From the NCBI GenBank assembly GCA_904063045.1, contig CAJFCJ010000001.1, forward strand, positions 2,356,001 to 2,420,000: DNA of 64,000 nt. Reading direction: 5' to 3'. Source of the DNA: Dimorphilus gyrociliatus (lineage: Eukaryota; Animalia; Annelida). Of this stretch, positions 43,201-55,121 are shown piece by piece. Numbering within the stretch: the stretch's first letter is position 1; each line of letters starts with the position of its first letter. The notes under the pieces were generated by a model that was given only the letters and a program-made list of their open reading frames with translations, was not told the DNA's origin and did not search any database. A program made the translations under genes and the position numbers.

Positions 43201-45612
43201 AACATAACAAATCGGAATATGTAGAGTACGTCTTCTACGCGTTTGATTTGTATAATGATAGTGCCGATTACGCTCTCAACGTTTTCAAGAAGAAGTTTCT
43301 ATACGAAGAGATTGAAGCGGAAGTGGATCTTTGCTTTGAACAGTTCTTATACAAACTGTGCGATCATATGTACAACTATTATAGGACACTAGCTGGAAGG
43401 TAGGAACTATAATATATATATATAATATATATAATTGTGAATATTTTCAGTTTAACGTTAAAATCATATTTGGGAAATCACGTGACTAAAAAATTAAGCA
43501 AAGATTTACGTATACACGCCAGAAGGAATTTCTTACCGCTTCTTAGTCAAACGAATATAAGAGTAAGTTATTTTAAAAGAATGTTAACTTATTAATTAGT
43601 TGAATAATTTTATTTTTTAATTAGCTATTAGGACGTAATATTGATCTAAAGAGAAGAATTTCACAAAGATTGAACATGTTCTTTAGTCGTTCGTTAGAGA
43701 ATGTTCTACACTATTTTGAATCGGTTAATTTACACACCATATGCGTAAGTATACAACATTACTTTATTTAATTATTAATTAAGTAATTAATTAGTTAATT
43801 ACTTCTATATATGATTATTATTATTTATAATTTTCCCTTCTCTTTCTACTTAGGAAATCGAAGGTATAATAAATGTTACTAAATTAGCTCATAAGCTTAT
43901 TTCCGAGCATATTACGCTTACTCCATTTGAACATCTTCTACAAATGGCAAGATATGATTCGAAAAGTGACAGATGTCGAATTGCTCAAAGAATTGTACAA
44001 TGCGTTACGGATGATTTACCACTTTACGCTTATAATACGTCAACGGCAAGATTTGTCATGTCGGAGATAAGATCGAAAACTGAAGAAGCTAGAATTAGTA
44101 AGGAAAAGGGAGGTAAAGAAGATAAAAGACGATTTATGGATCATAGAGATTCTTGGGGTAGTAAGGAGCTGGTAGACGCTTTTAGAATTATATATTTGCC
44201 ATACACTAACTTTATAGGATTACCACATGCCGTTAGCATTTGTAACTTTCTTGATTATGCTGGAATAAGCTATTTACTAGAAGAATGTGTGAAATTTATT
44301 GAAAAGTCTCTAAACGATATTATAATGCCGTTTGTTCGGTCCATTAAGAAAGCGTTACCACCAGAGGGAATAAAACTGCCTAGGTACATTACTTTTATAG
44401 GAAAGAATGATAATAATTAATAATTCTCTTCCAACAGATACGAATATGGTCACGTTGGCGCGTTCACTAAATTTAGAACGGCTTTTGTTCATATACTTAA
44501 ATTCGATTTATCGGATTTGTACGAAGCTTTAGCGGGAGCCGGAAATTGTTTAGCATTCTGTCTAATTATTACGGAAAATGTATTTGTAAATGAAACTAAT
44601 AGTATTAGATTGGGTGGATATTTTTGTAATAATTTACCTACACCCTATATTGAACAAGATGAGAAATCAACTCATTCGAAAAAGAAAGCGGAAGCGTTAA
44701 AGAAATTGAAATACGAGAATAAAAATTGCTACGTTCGATTTGTTGCCGAAAATTTTAAGGAATTAAGCGACGATAGAAAGAAGTTAGTTAAACAGAATGA
44801 ATTATTAGAAAGAGAAAAATTAGTTTGCGGATTGAATATTTTCCCAAAAATTTTGGATAAATTAAAAAAGAAATTATGCCAAGAGAACGATAAGGATTTA
44901 TGGTTTGGAGATGAACCGGAAAATGGTATAATGCATATAACGAATTGTTCAGAATTTTATAGAGTTTGGAGTGTTTTACAATTCGTTTTCTCAATACCAA
45001 CAATGTCGGCCCACGCCGAAACTGTCGAGTAAGAATCTTGGTTTTTTCTTCTTCTTTTTTTTTATATATAGATCAATACATATAGTTTCTATTATTTTCT
45101 TCAGGGCATTGTACGGCGATGGTCTACAATGGATGGGATGTTCGCTTATACAACTTTTAGGACAGGAAAGGAAATTTGAAGTATTAGATATTTCCTATCA
45201 TATTGAGAAATTATACGAACCAGCTAAAGGCGGTACTAAAAATAAAATGAATGATCAAATGGTAACTTTAAAATTGATTCTATAATTAGATATTTAACTA
45301 GTACAAATGTAATTTAATCTTCTTTATTTTGCTTTTTTTTAACAGTATAATAAGTTAATGCAAAGAATTCGAGCAATGCATAAAATAAATAGTGAAATTT
45401 TTGGTATTGTTGGAAAGTACTGCTGTACTCAATCTCAACCGAAAGAATCAATTAAAAATCAGTTTGAGACCCCTTTAGAAAATGTTCATCATTTCGATCC
45501 ACCTTTGGAGATTGACTTAGATCAATCGTCGGCAATCTCAATAAAAACTTCATTAAATGTGGTATCGGATGAAGTTGAACCTCCAAAACAAAAGGTTGAA
45601 ACTGAAGTTTAG
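40233..45612 (+). CDS. Divergent CYFIP paralogue with a long N-terminal proline-rich extension, multi-exon
   Basis: Exon 1 (40233-41028) carries polyPro and then a segment aligning to the CYFIP N-terminus. Next exon [26 protein letters not shown]. Also [50 protein letters not shown]. Confidence 0.9.
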
Positions 45613-45876
45613 AAAGTAATGACTATAAAAAAAACAACAACAACAATAGAATAAACTACTTTTATCTCTTTCCATAAAAATTTTTACAAGTATTCATCTT
45701 ATCTAACTCTTATATACTTTCTATCCATCTTCTTTCTCGTCCCTGCTCTCTCTCTCTCTTTCCTCCCTCAATTTCTGCCTATCTGTCTTATATATCTATT
45801 TATCTATCTCTTAACCACCTTTTTAATTAACTTAATAACAAAAACTGTTTTATTATGAAAGCCTATGGCTATGTTT

Positions 45877-45911
<35 letters not shown>

Positions 45912-46148
45912 AACTAGTCATAAACAAAGTACATGTATAATAAAAGAAAAAAAAATTATTGAAATTAATATTTTTTACTATTTTCATATATTTTTTTATG
46001 TGTTTTAATCTCATTAAAAGGATGTATAGTTCAACTTGGATAACATTGTTTTCGTAGTACATTCACCTAGCGGAATTTATAATTGGTTTATGGCAACTGA
46101 TCTTCCGCCATATTTGATAATATTTTTAGGCCAAAAGGTTGTTGTAAA

Positions 46149-46820
46149 ATGTCGTCATCATCAAAATCTGGTAGTATACGTTTAATGAGAAAGGAGGAGG
46201 AGGCCGATTTACGGTGGCGAACTTTTATCTATCTTAGATTCAAGAATATTTTTCCATCATTTTTCAAAACCTGGCATAAGATGCCAGTCCTGTGGATTTA
46301 CTATATCCTGTTGGCTGTTATTATGCAGAAATACCTTTACTATTCATTTATAGTCTCAGTAATATCTTCGTATCTTGTGATTATAGGTTATCATTTTTCT
46401 TCGTTCGTATTGGTGTTGAATTGTCTCCAGTGGTTTAAAAATCATTATTTCGACCTATTTGACCACTATCAGAAGATAGAAAAAGCAGGTGTCTTTGTAT
46501 ATGCCGACGAGGATGACAAACCAGCAGGAGTATTCATATTAGTACCAAAAAATTCTACTACTCTAAACATTCATAGCGTAAGAGTGAAAGAAGAATATAG
46601 AAGAAGGGGAATTGGAAGAAAGATAATGGAATTCACTAAGGAATATGCAAAAAAGGAAAATTTTAAAATAATTTCACTAACGACATCCACCTTGAATGTG
46701 GTATCAAATAAATTTTATCCCACTATAGGCTTTGAAAAACAACCAAAAACAGATATTTTGATAACAACCCTTCCGTTTGTCTACTTTTACTATTTAACCT
46801 ACAATTACTACGTGAGATAA
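46149..46820 (+). CDS. GNAT N-acetyltransferase, NAT8/camello-like, single exon
   Basis: 223-aa ORF with an N-terminal hydrophobic segment, acetyl-CoA motif A (VKEEYRRRGIGRKIM) and motif B (LTTSTLNVVSNKFYPTIGF). Confidence 0.8.
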   Translation: MSSSSKSGSIRLMRKEEEADLRWRTFIYLRFKNIFPSFFKTWHKMPVLWIYYILLAVIMQKYLYYSFIVSVISSYLVIIGYHFSSFVLVLNCLQWFKNHYFDLFDHYQKIEKAGVFVYADEDDKPAGVFILVPKNSTTLNIHSVRVKEEYRRRGIGRKIMEFTKEYAKKENFKIISLTTSTLNVVSNKFYPTIGFEKQPKTDILITTLPFVYFYYLTYNYYVR

Positions 46821-46924
46821 AAGTTCCAAAGTTTCTAGCATTTCTGAGATTTTAAAGTTTTCTTGCTAACACAGCTAATATATTTTACAATTTTGATAAC
46901 ATTTATTAAGAAAATAAATGGAAT

Positions 46925-47959
46925 TTAAAGGCAGTTAATGACTTGTATAACTTTTCCATTCTTTATAAGACTTTCCCGGCAATTGTTGATTGTTTCAACT
47001 TTTTTTACAAATGGAAAGAATTTATGTAAACGACTGCAGTCAATTTCTGTAAGAGTTTTATTACTACTCTTCTCCTCCTTATGACTCCAAGAAGCACCTT
47101 TGCACATTTTATAATTGAACAAATTACTAACAATAGCCGTATAATTTGATGGTACAGGCAACAGCCAATTCCAGAACATCCTATTCTTCACCGGTAGGAA
47201 ATGTTTTAATTGGAAATAACGCAATTTCTCACTGACGCTTGCATCATCTATAAATATCATGTTATTGCTTAATATCTTATAAAAAAATACATCAATCATT
47301 GGCCATTTCTCCAAGCGTGAATCCTTTCCAGGTATAGGCATGCTTCTATTCCAGTGGAATATCTTAAACCATCTCTTCCTTCTAAAGAGTTGAGTCAATC
47401 CTCCTCGTGTTGAATAAGATACCGCTCGGAAATCTGGCATTGAGTTAAATATCGCTAATAATAATTGTTTCTTTTCAATTGGTACTAGAATATCAGTATC
47501 ATCATCCCAAGGGATATGACCTTGATGCCGTATAGATCCTAATAAGGATCCGTGATATAACATGAACGTTATATTATTTGCCATTAAAGTCGAATAAACC
47601 CTTTCAAGAAGTTTGTAATACCATAAAAATGTAGTCCTATTGAAAACAGGTTGAATTTCACAAAGCCAACGGGGATTATATTTATGATTTGCAAGTGTAA
47701 ACCAGATTTGAAATATCTCGTCTGTGTTGAATGTATTTTTGTTATATTTCAATTGTTTTCCATCGCTACTATTTCGGAAATCCTCAACTGATATATATTT
47801 CATAAGCAACGAATCGCTTATTTCCTTTTCAATATCTTTATTATCATAACTTTCCAAAATATCTGGTAATCTATTCAGTAATAGACAAGTGAGTAAAATA
47901 CTAACTGACAGTAAAAGAACATAGACTGCCTTTCGCTTTATTTTTCTATATATATACAT
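46925..47959 (-). CDS. LicD/fukutin-related nucleotidyltransferase-fold protein, type-II membrane, single coding exon
   Basis: GSLLGSIRHQGHIPWDDDTDI motif, WPMIDVF, N-terminal basic + TM anchor. First ATG at 47959, just after an acceptor. Confidence 0.85.
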   Translation of the reverse strand: MYIYRKIKRKAVYVLLLSVSILLTCLLLNRLPDILESYDNKDIEKEISDSLLMKYISVEDFRNSSDGKQLKYNKNTFNTDEIFQIWFTLANHKYNPRWLCEIQPVFNRTTFLWYYKLLERVYSTLMANNITFMLYHGSLLGSIRHQGHIPWDDDTDILVPIEKKQLLLAIFNSMPDFRAVSYSTRGGLTQLFRRKRWFKIFHWNRSMPIPGKDSRLEKWPMIDVFFYKILSNNMIFIDDASVSEKLRYFQLKHFLPVKNRMFWNWLLPVPSNYTAIVSNLFNYKMCKGASWSHKEEKSSNKTLTEIDCSRLHKFFPFVKKVETINNCRESLIKNGKVIQVINCL

Positions 47960-48348
47960 TGATTCTAATCTGTAAGAAAAAAAGAAAACAAACGATTTTC
48001 TTGTGTTAAACTTATGAACAGAAGAGGAGAATACAAAAAAGATAGAAAGTATAAGCAACTTAAACTATTCAATTTGAATATAGTATAAACAATTTATTGT
48101 AACAGTTAAAATAAATAACAATTCATTCATTATTTTAAGATGAGTTTTTCAAAGAGAATTCTTGATAAAATGCCTTCTTACAGTATATATATTTATATAT
48201 AATAATTTAGCAGGAGCCTACCATTAGAGAAGAATACAGCTGGAATTTGAACTTGATCATTAAGTACCCAAAAAGCTATAATAATTGACTCTTTAATAGA
48301 ATGAATTATGTACCAGCATTTACATATAATATACAGTAGATGTAAACA

Positions 48349-48384
<36 letters not shown>

Positions 48385-48785
48385 CGTATAGAATACACTT
48401 AGATACCAAGATAATCAAAATAGGCCTATAGATATCCTGTGTAATTTCTACAATACCGCTATAATTTACCAAGGATGATTTCTTATTTATCTTTACAGTT
48501 TGATTGGTAAATAGATAGAATTACTCACCTTTTATGAGATATTAAAAATTGTAAACTAATTTTTTCTCCTAAATTATAGTCTACAACTTTTTTTATTATG
48601 AAAAAACGATGATACTTTTGAAAAAAAAACAAGCTAATCAATATAAACATGTTTCCATTCTTTTAGAATTTTCAGACGACTTACCAATTTTTCCAGCACT
48701 TGTATATCAACATATTTAAATCTGCTTTTGTACGTACATATATGATTGAAGACAGTTTGAAAGAAAGTGTCTTTTTGAAGTATAC

Positions 48786-48906
48786 AGAGAGAGAGAGAGA
48801 GAGACAGAGTGAGGGAGGGAGAGAGAGACTAGCACGTTATATGCACGCGCGCGCGCGCGCACACACTGATATATATATATACAGTATATATATATATATA
48901 TACACA
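48786..48906. repeat. Compound microsatellite (GA)n-(CG)n-(CA)n-(AT)n
   Basis: Adjacent GA, CG, CA and AT dinucleotide tracts read directly from the sequence. Confidence 0.9.
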
Positions 48907-50146
48907 TGTACAAACATAACAGAAAAGAGAAACAAGCCTACGCATATTGAAAAAAATAATTAGAAACCTGAATCCTTTAAACAAAAGTTTTAGTTAAATC
49001 AGTTGAAGTGAAATTTAGGCAATCACGATCGAATTCAACTTAAAAGCTGTTCACCAAAAGGCAAATTTTTGTTCTATCCTGGAAATATACTAGCTATTTT
49101 ATCATTTATCACTATCTATAACAGTTTCTTCTCATTTTCTACAGTACCTATTCGATTATGAAATAGAATGCCTACTGGTAGTATAGTAGAAGTATAAAGC
49201 CAAATGTTGTTCTACATTTTGCCTATAAAAAGTTGTTTGTAATTCTCAATGGGCCTAGTAGAGGATTATTCATGTCTCTTTAGTTAAACTGTTTGTATTT
49301 TTATGCATAAACATATATTTTTCGAGAGTGTATATTGTAAAGAAACAATTGGGATGCTTATAATTTAGTAATATAATATACTCTAGATTATAATATTGAA
49401 AATTTATCAACAAGGAATTGTAATGGAAACTGTAAATTATTCTTCTATTTTTATTCTAACAAATCTTTCATCGCTCCAAATTTTTTTATTTAAAAAAAAA
49501 AATGTACAGTCTCTTTTTTTCCGATTGTTGCAAGATTTCCTCGTATAGATTTAGCATCTACAGATGTCGCTGTTTTAAGTTTTCGTAATATCATCAGATT
49601 AGCTATACTTGCGCATTTATTGTGCTTTTGTCTATACTATTCAATAATTGACAATGATTTAGTTATGATTTATTATATGGTAAATTATTATAAAAGTCTT
49701 TAATTTACACCTTGGATCATCCACTTAAAATATTAAAGATAACTACAGTTAAACGAGCTCTGGTTCATATGAAGCCAAACGTTGCTATTCAACAATTGAA
49801 TGCAATTTTAATAACGAGATCAGATAACAACATAATGAATACTAGAATTGTTGGAAAAATAAATACATTGTTCGATAATTATAGAAAATTCCGAATCATA
49901 TTATTTCATCAATCTTTGGAGATCATATTTTATAGAAACGTCACTAACTACTGAATATGGTTTTATACATTTAGGTGAATACTAATACTTTGAGCACAGT
50001 TATTCTTGATTGTAGAATATCTGGGAAAAGACTTGTGTTTGATATTAAAATCATTAACAAACAAGTTTTGACTAAAAATCTTGACTTTGAAAGAAATATT
50101 CAAGTGTTTGTTTGTGGAAAATTTAGAGAAAGATCCTGGAAATTGA

Positions 50147-53100
50147 TCAGTTTTCAAGTAAAAATGTATGTTGTAAGGCTTCTTCAGCTGTAATTCTCTT
50201 AGCTGGATCAACCATTAACATCTTCTTTAATAGGTCGTAGGCACTTGGTGGCGCTTCCACCCACATATCTCTCTTATCAACCATCTTAGACTTCTTTCTT
50301 AATTCTTTACACAGGGTTTCCAAATCGATTGCCTGGTGATTGGCACTGGTTGTTAGTATCTTACTAAGCTTTGCAGCCGTCTTCTTAATACTTTCAACCC
50401 CAAAGATTGCGATAATTTGGGCAAGAGCAGAAACGTCATCCTTTGCATTAAAGAAGGGATATCGAGAACTCAGCAATGAAAGCAATATTACCCCGGCTGA
50501 CCAAATGTCGATAGCTGTGAAATAATAGTTTTATAACTTTATGATATGTAGTTTCAAAAGGAATAGTTATAGCAATTTCTTCTTTAAGTATTCATTTCAC
50601 TGAACAATATCTGGAGTTACTCGCGACGTTTTGACACATAAAAGTGACGTCAATGTATAGCACACGTTCACTTTCATGTGCCAATCGCCGAAAGTCTCGT
50701 CTGTTGACTCAAATAGAACTTCGGTGGAGCATAATTCTTCCTTCATGTTCTCAGATCGACCTTGGAGTTTATATAAAGTTTTATCATCCTTTACAAACCT
50801 GTTGTCTGATCAGCATGACGTAGGAGGACTTCCGGAGCTCTAAAACCTGGGGTTCCAGCTCTTGGAGCTTGCTGCCTGGGTCTATGTAGATGAAAGCATA
50901 TTATTAAATCTTTATAATAATAAGTTTTCTCTCATAAACGAATCATATCTGTAAAATTTTTATGTGAAAATACAAACCTTGATAAGCAAATAGAGCAGAC
51001 AGTCGGCTTTCCAACACATTGGCATTTGTCATACCTCGTTGAATTCTTGGTGGCGTTGGTAACAAGTGTCAATCGTCTTGGCGACCAAGGTTTCTTTGTA
51101 GCCACTTTTTGTTGCTTAGGTGTTTTGCCCCAGTTCTCGATGGACTTTAAGGTATCAGATGGTTCTTCACCAAGTTCTCTCTTGAGTGCTTCATGGGATT
51201 TTGGTGCGGGGTGCGCCAGACCGAAATCAACCAGTGCATACCTGCAAAATAGTACCCTAATTAAACTGCTTTAAGTGGACAAGAGTAACGACTTTCTTTT
51301 TTGTCGGTTGTTTAAAAAATTCGAAGGTTTAATGTCACGATGAATTATATCAAATTCGTGCACTCTTTTCAAAGCTAATAGTAGATTCCTCATATATTCC
51401 TTAATTTCACTAATAGTCATATCAACGAAATAGTCCTGTTAAAATGAACATGATTAGTATTCAAAGAAAAAGATTAAATGCTTAATAATAATTTATAATA
51501 ATCAAATGAGAAAGGACGAAAAAAAATATCCTTATACTTAGTTTTTAAAAGATTCAAGATTTATCTTGATTCTTTCTCAGCCCAAATAATAAGTAGTCTT
51601 CAGTTCCAAGTAAGACTGCACTCTAACATAGCTGTCAGCAATCTGACGTTAGAGATATATTTGTTAAGAAAAGAGGGCAGCAAAGGACAATTTTTTTTCA
51701 TTACTCCCTTCATAAATTAACAAAGATAAATCATATGCGAAAATAACTCTTTTCCAAGTCAATTCGTTCTTCTACAACATGTTTTTATTCTTTTAAAAAT
51801 TACAATTAATCTTGAAGTAAGTGTTTACTACATGGCATATCTATCATGTTGACGTCAAGTCTCGATTGGCTTGGATTATAATGTCGAATTATAAAATAGT
51901 AAGCATAATTGGAAATGCTAATGGATAGTAATGAAATAAACTATACAGTGGTCTGAAAGAAATGATAGCGAAAGAACAGGAAAATACATACCGTAAACTT
52001 TTCGTGTTCAATATAAGGCATAACGATGGTGATTCGTTGACCATTTCTTATCACGGCCTTTACTCCAATTACGTTATTTGATCCTCTAAAAATAAAGAAA
52101 AGAGTAAAAATATAATTTGTAACTGTTATTGATTAAATCATAGAATAGATTTTATTATTATTATATATAATATCCTAGCGTACTTATAATCTGTTTATAT
52201 CCCTGTGTACGAACATAAAGTAAACTTAAAAGGATATGTCTGCAGCATTTATTTTAATTGCATATAGGATCCTAGAAATACAGATACGAAATAACAGCTA
52301 AAAGAGTAAATGACATAATTAGTAGTCTTCCAACGTTGAAAACCTAGGAGATTTAAATTAAGACACGAAATAGGAGTTAGGACAAAATGATCTCTCTGTC
52401 TTCTGATTAAATTATTCCGGTTTCTATTCGCTTCTAAAATATTTAGTAAACATATAAATCCAGGAAAAGAGTTAAAATGATAGAATTTTATAATTACTGT
52501 TGTACCTATTCTATAGGTACAATATAGTAAGAGTACAAAGATCGACTACAAAATTGAGAATATTCTTAGAAAAAAAATCCCTAGTACTTGATCTGCTAAG
52601 GGAACAAAATTAAATCTGTACAGTGCTGTACATGTAATTGGTATACTTTATTAGCATGCTATATATGTATATTTTTTTTATTATATATTGCTAATTTAAT
52701 CTTTTTCAAGACTCAATTTTCAAATAATTATACAAATTATTCAAAAATGCATTAGTAGGATGTGCAAGACTTATTTAAAAAATTAATCTCACCTGTGAAC
52801 TACATACAAATTTCGAAAAAAAGAAATTTTCACACATACCCAATTTCCTTTAAGCATTTCAGCTCATTAGCTACTCTGTCAGCTTTGCTCGTTGGTATAA
52901 TGTTTTTTAGGGCATATTTCTCTTTCTGTTGATTTCCTTTCAACTGGGCTACAAAGACCGAACTGAAGGTACCTGTTGAGTTAAATTATTAATTGGCAAT
53001 CGAAAAAATCAATTTAAATATAAAATATAGCTAATAATAGAATTACGGAGAATGGCATGCCCAATAAATTTTCCAAATGAAAGACATCGAAATTACTAAA

Positions 53101-53727
53101 ATTAACTGATAGATGGTTGAACTTGAATTCGAAGATCAATGATCAAATTCTGCTACTCCTTTAAACCAATAAATGTTTGAGCTGAAAACGACAGCTGTCC
53201 CAAGTTATCAGATATGTCGCTGTTAAACAATTTACTTATTTATTGTTTGCCCCATCCCTAGCAGATCAATTTTAAGGGTTTTTTTATATTTGTTTATTGG
53301 TAAAAAATGAAATAAATTTCAACTCCTGTATTCCTTACTGGTTTTAATCCTTGACTCATAATTTTTATTACTAGTCAAGCTTTAACTATATAGTATAGAC
53401 TAAAAATTATTTAAAAGTGCACACATAAAGCATATTAGAATCGATTAAGCCATGCCAGTGTCTAGAGATAGCCGTAGTCAGCGCCATCTTTCGAGGATTA
53501 AATATTCAAAATTCAGCTTATTTTAAAATATTCATTGATTTCATTAAATTTGACAATCTGGTATATGAAAAAGGTTATTCTCAAGAAATTTCTATAATCA
53601 TTCCAAACTCATAATTAATTTATAAATACTTAATAAAGTCAGCAAATCTACCATAGAATAATTCTGATTAATGATCAAACTAAGTATTATTATTTCCTTT
53701 TAATATTTTATTGTCTGACTATTATTG

Positions 53728-53760
<33 letters not shown>

Positions 53761-54513
53761 TGTTTATATGTACTATACATCCAGCAGCCCAAGTACATAC
53801 ATATATACTATGCATATAAATATAGTATATACAGTACATACTGTATATAGTGTATATAAAGTACATTAAATTTGAATTACGGAACTTATTTCTATCCGAA
53901 TGGTTGCGTGCTCTTATTGTTAACAAACTTTTCATTTACATTTTTAACTATAAGAATTCAATGGGTTATAAAGACTAAAATCCATTTCATGCATTTACCA
54001 AAATATTACTTTTAACAAATACAACGGCTAATTATGGAGGATAGGATGACGAAAAAAAATTTTTTGGGATAAAATTATTGATTTTGACTTATAGTTCTTT
54101 TTTATATAAACACTTGCACTATATGTAATATATATTGAAATGTGCGAAAAAAATAATGTAGCATTGTCAGCGCTACAGCTCAACTTACCATCGCCGGTTT
54201 TTCCCAGAACGTCGAAATACACTTCTACTTGCGGTATGGCCTTAACAAATGCGTTTATTTCATTTTGCTCTGTGGAACATATTGACGTTTAAAAAAATTA
54301 AGTGAGGTATCAAATCCTCGTATATTTTTTGGTTGAAGGCAGCTGCCGCATTACATAAACCAATGCTTTCAAAGCCTTTTGTTTGAGCATGTATTGCATA
54401 ATTGTAAAGGCACTTGAACTTTTAATAAAAGCAAATACAAATAATGTCTTACCAATTTCGTTCTCCTCAATTGTAGTGTTGAGTTCGCAAGGCACCACTG
54501 AAGCTGAAGCCAT
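50147..54513 (-). CDS. CDC7: Cell division cycle 7 Ser/Thr kinase, multi-exon
   Basis: AIPQVEVYFDVLGKTGDG|TFSSVF; YALKNIIPTSKADRVANELKCL; GSNNVIGVK; IIHRDIKPSNF; LVDFGLA; kinase insert with C.C.GK..VC.IC; AGTPGFRAPE; IDIWSAGVILLSLLS; ITAEEALQHTF. Confidence 0.93.
53479..53489. promoter_or_regulatory. CTCF-like motif CAGCGCCATCT in the long CDC7 intron
   Basis: Reverse complement AGATGGCGCTG matches the AGRTGGCGC core. Motif match only. Confidence 0.25.
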
Positions 54514-55121
54514 TGTTCATCCTACACTTCTTAGAACAATGAAGAACGTTCAGAACTGAGCGATAATTCGTGAACCCCCAAAAACTTTAATTCGACTACT
54601 TAAAAGTCTTCTACTGCAAATTACTACGACTCTTAAGTAATAGAATATTATTTACTCGAAAATAGTTCAATAAAATAGAACAAACAAATAATAAACGTCC
54701 TAAAAAGTTAAGTAATAGCAGTTTCCTCTTGCCGCCAATTTGTTATCTAGCACAACCATGCTTTCTGACTAAGTGACGAAAACTAAACTGGTAGAAAATA
54801 CAAAGAAAAATATTTTTTTATATTACAATATCTTTGAAAAACACACTTTAACAGTTCTCACCTATAATTTAATATATTAGATTAAATATATTCTCGTATA
54901 GAAATTTTGTTCTTTATAATTAAAATCTTTTATTATAAAAAAATATCTTTTAAATATAGGAATTTAAAGTTATTATATTAACTTCAACTGACCGATAAAG
55001 TTTCAAAGAAATATACAATTTCGACATACAGGTTTATATGCGATTGTGTATAAGAAACTATTTGTTTAAAATGTCATGTATCACATATTGTCTTTATGAA
55101 TCCTTGGGTTCTGGGGCTTTT

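Noticed and set aside
48232-48270. tRNA B-box-like string (minus strand aagttcaaattcc)
   Set aside because: No A box or cloverleaf; at best a degenerate SINE-like relic.
48700-48963. ORFs on both strands over the microsatellite cluster
   Set aside because: Dinucleotide repeats lack stops; translations are ERER/YIYI/RARA runs.
51621-51654. Hairpin ctctaac...gtcag-caat-ctgac-gttagag in a CDC7 intron
   Set aside because: No correctly placed C/D or H/ACA boxes; too short to call a snoRNA.
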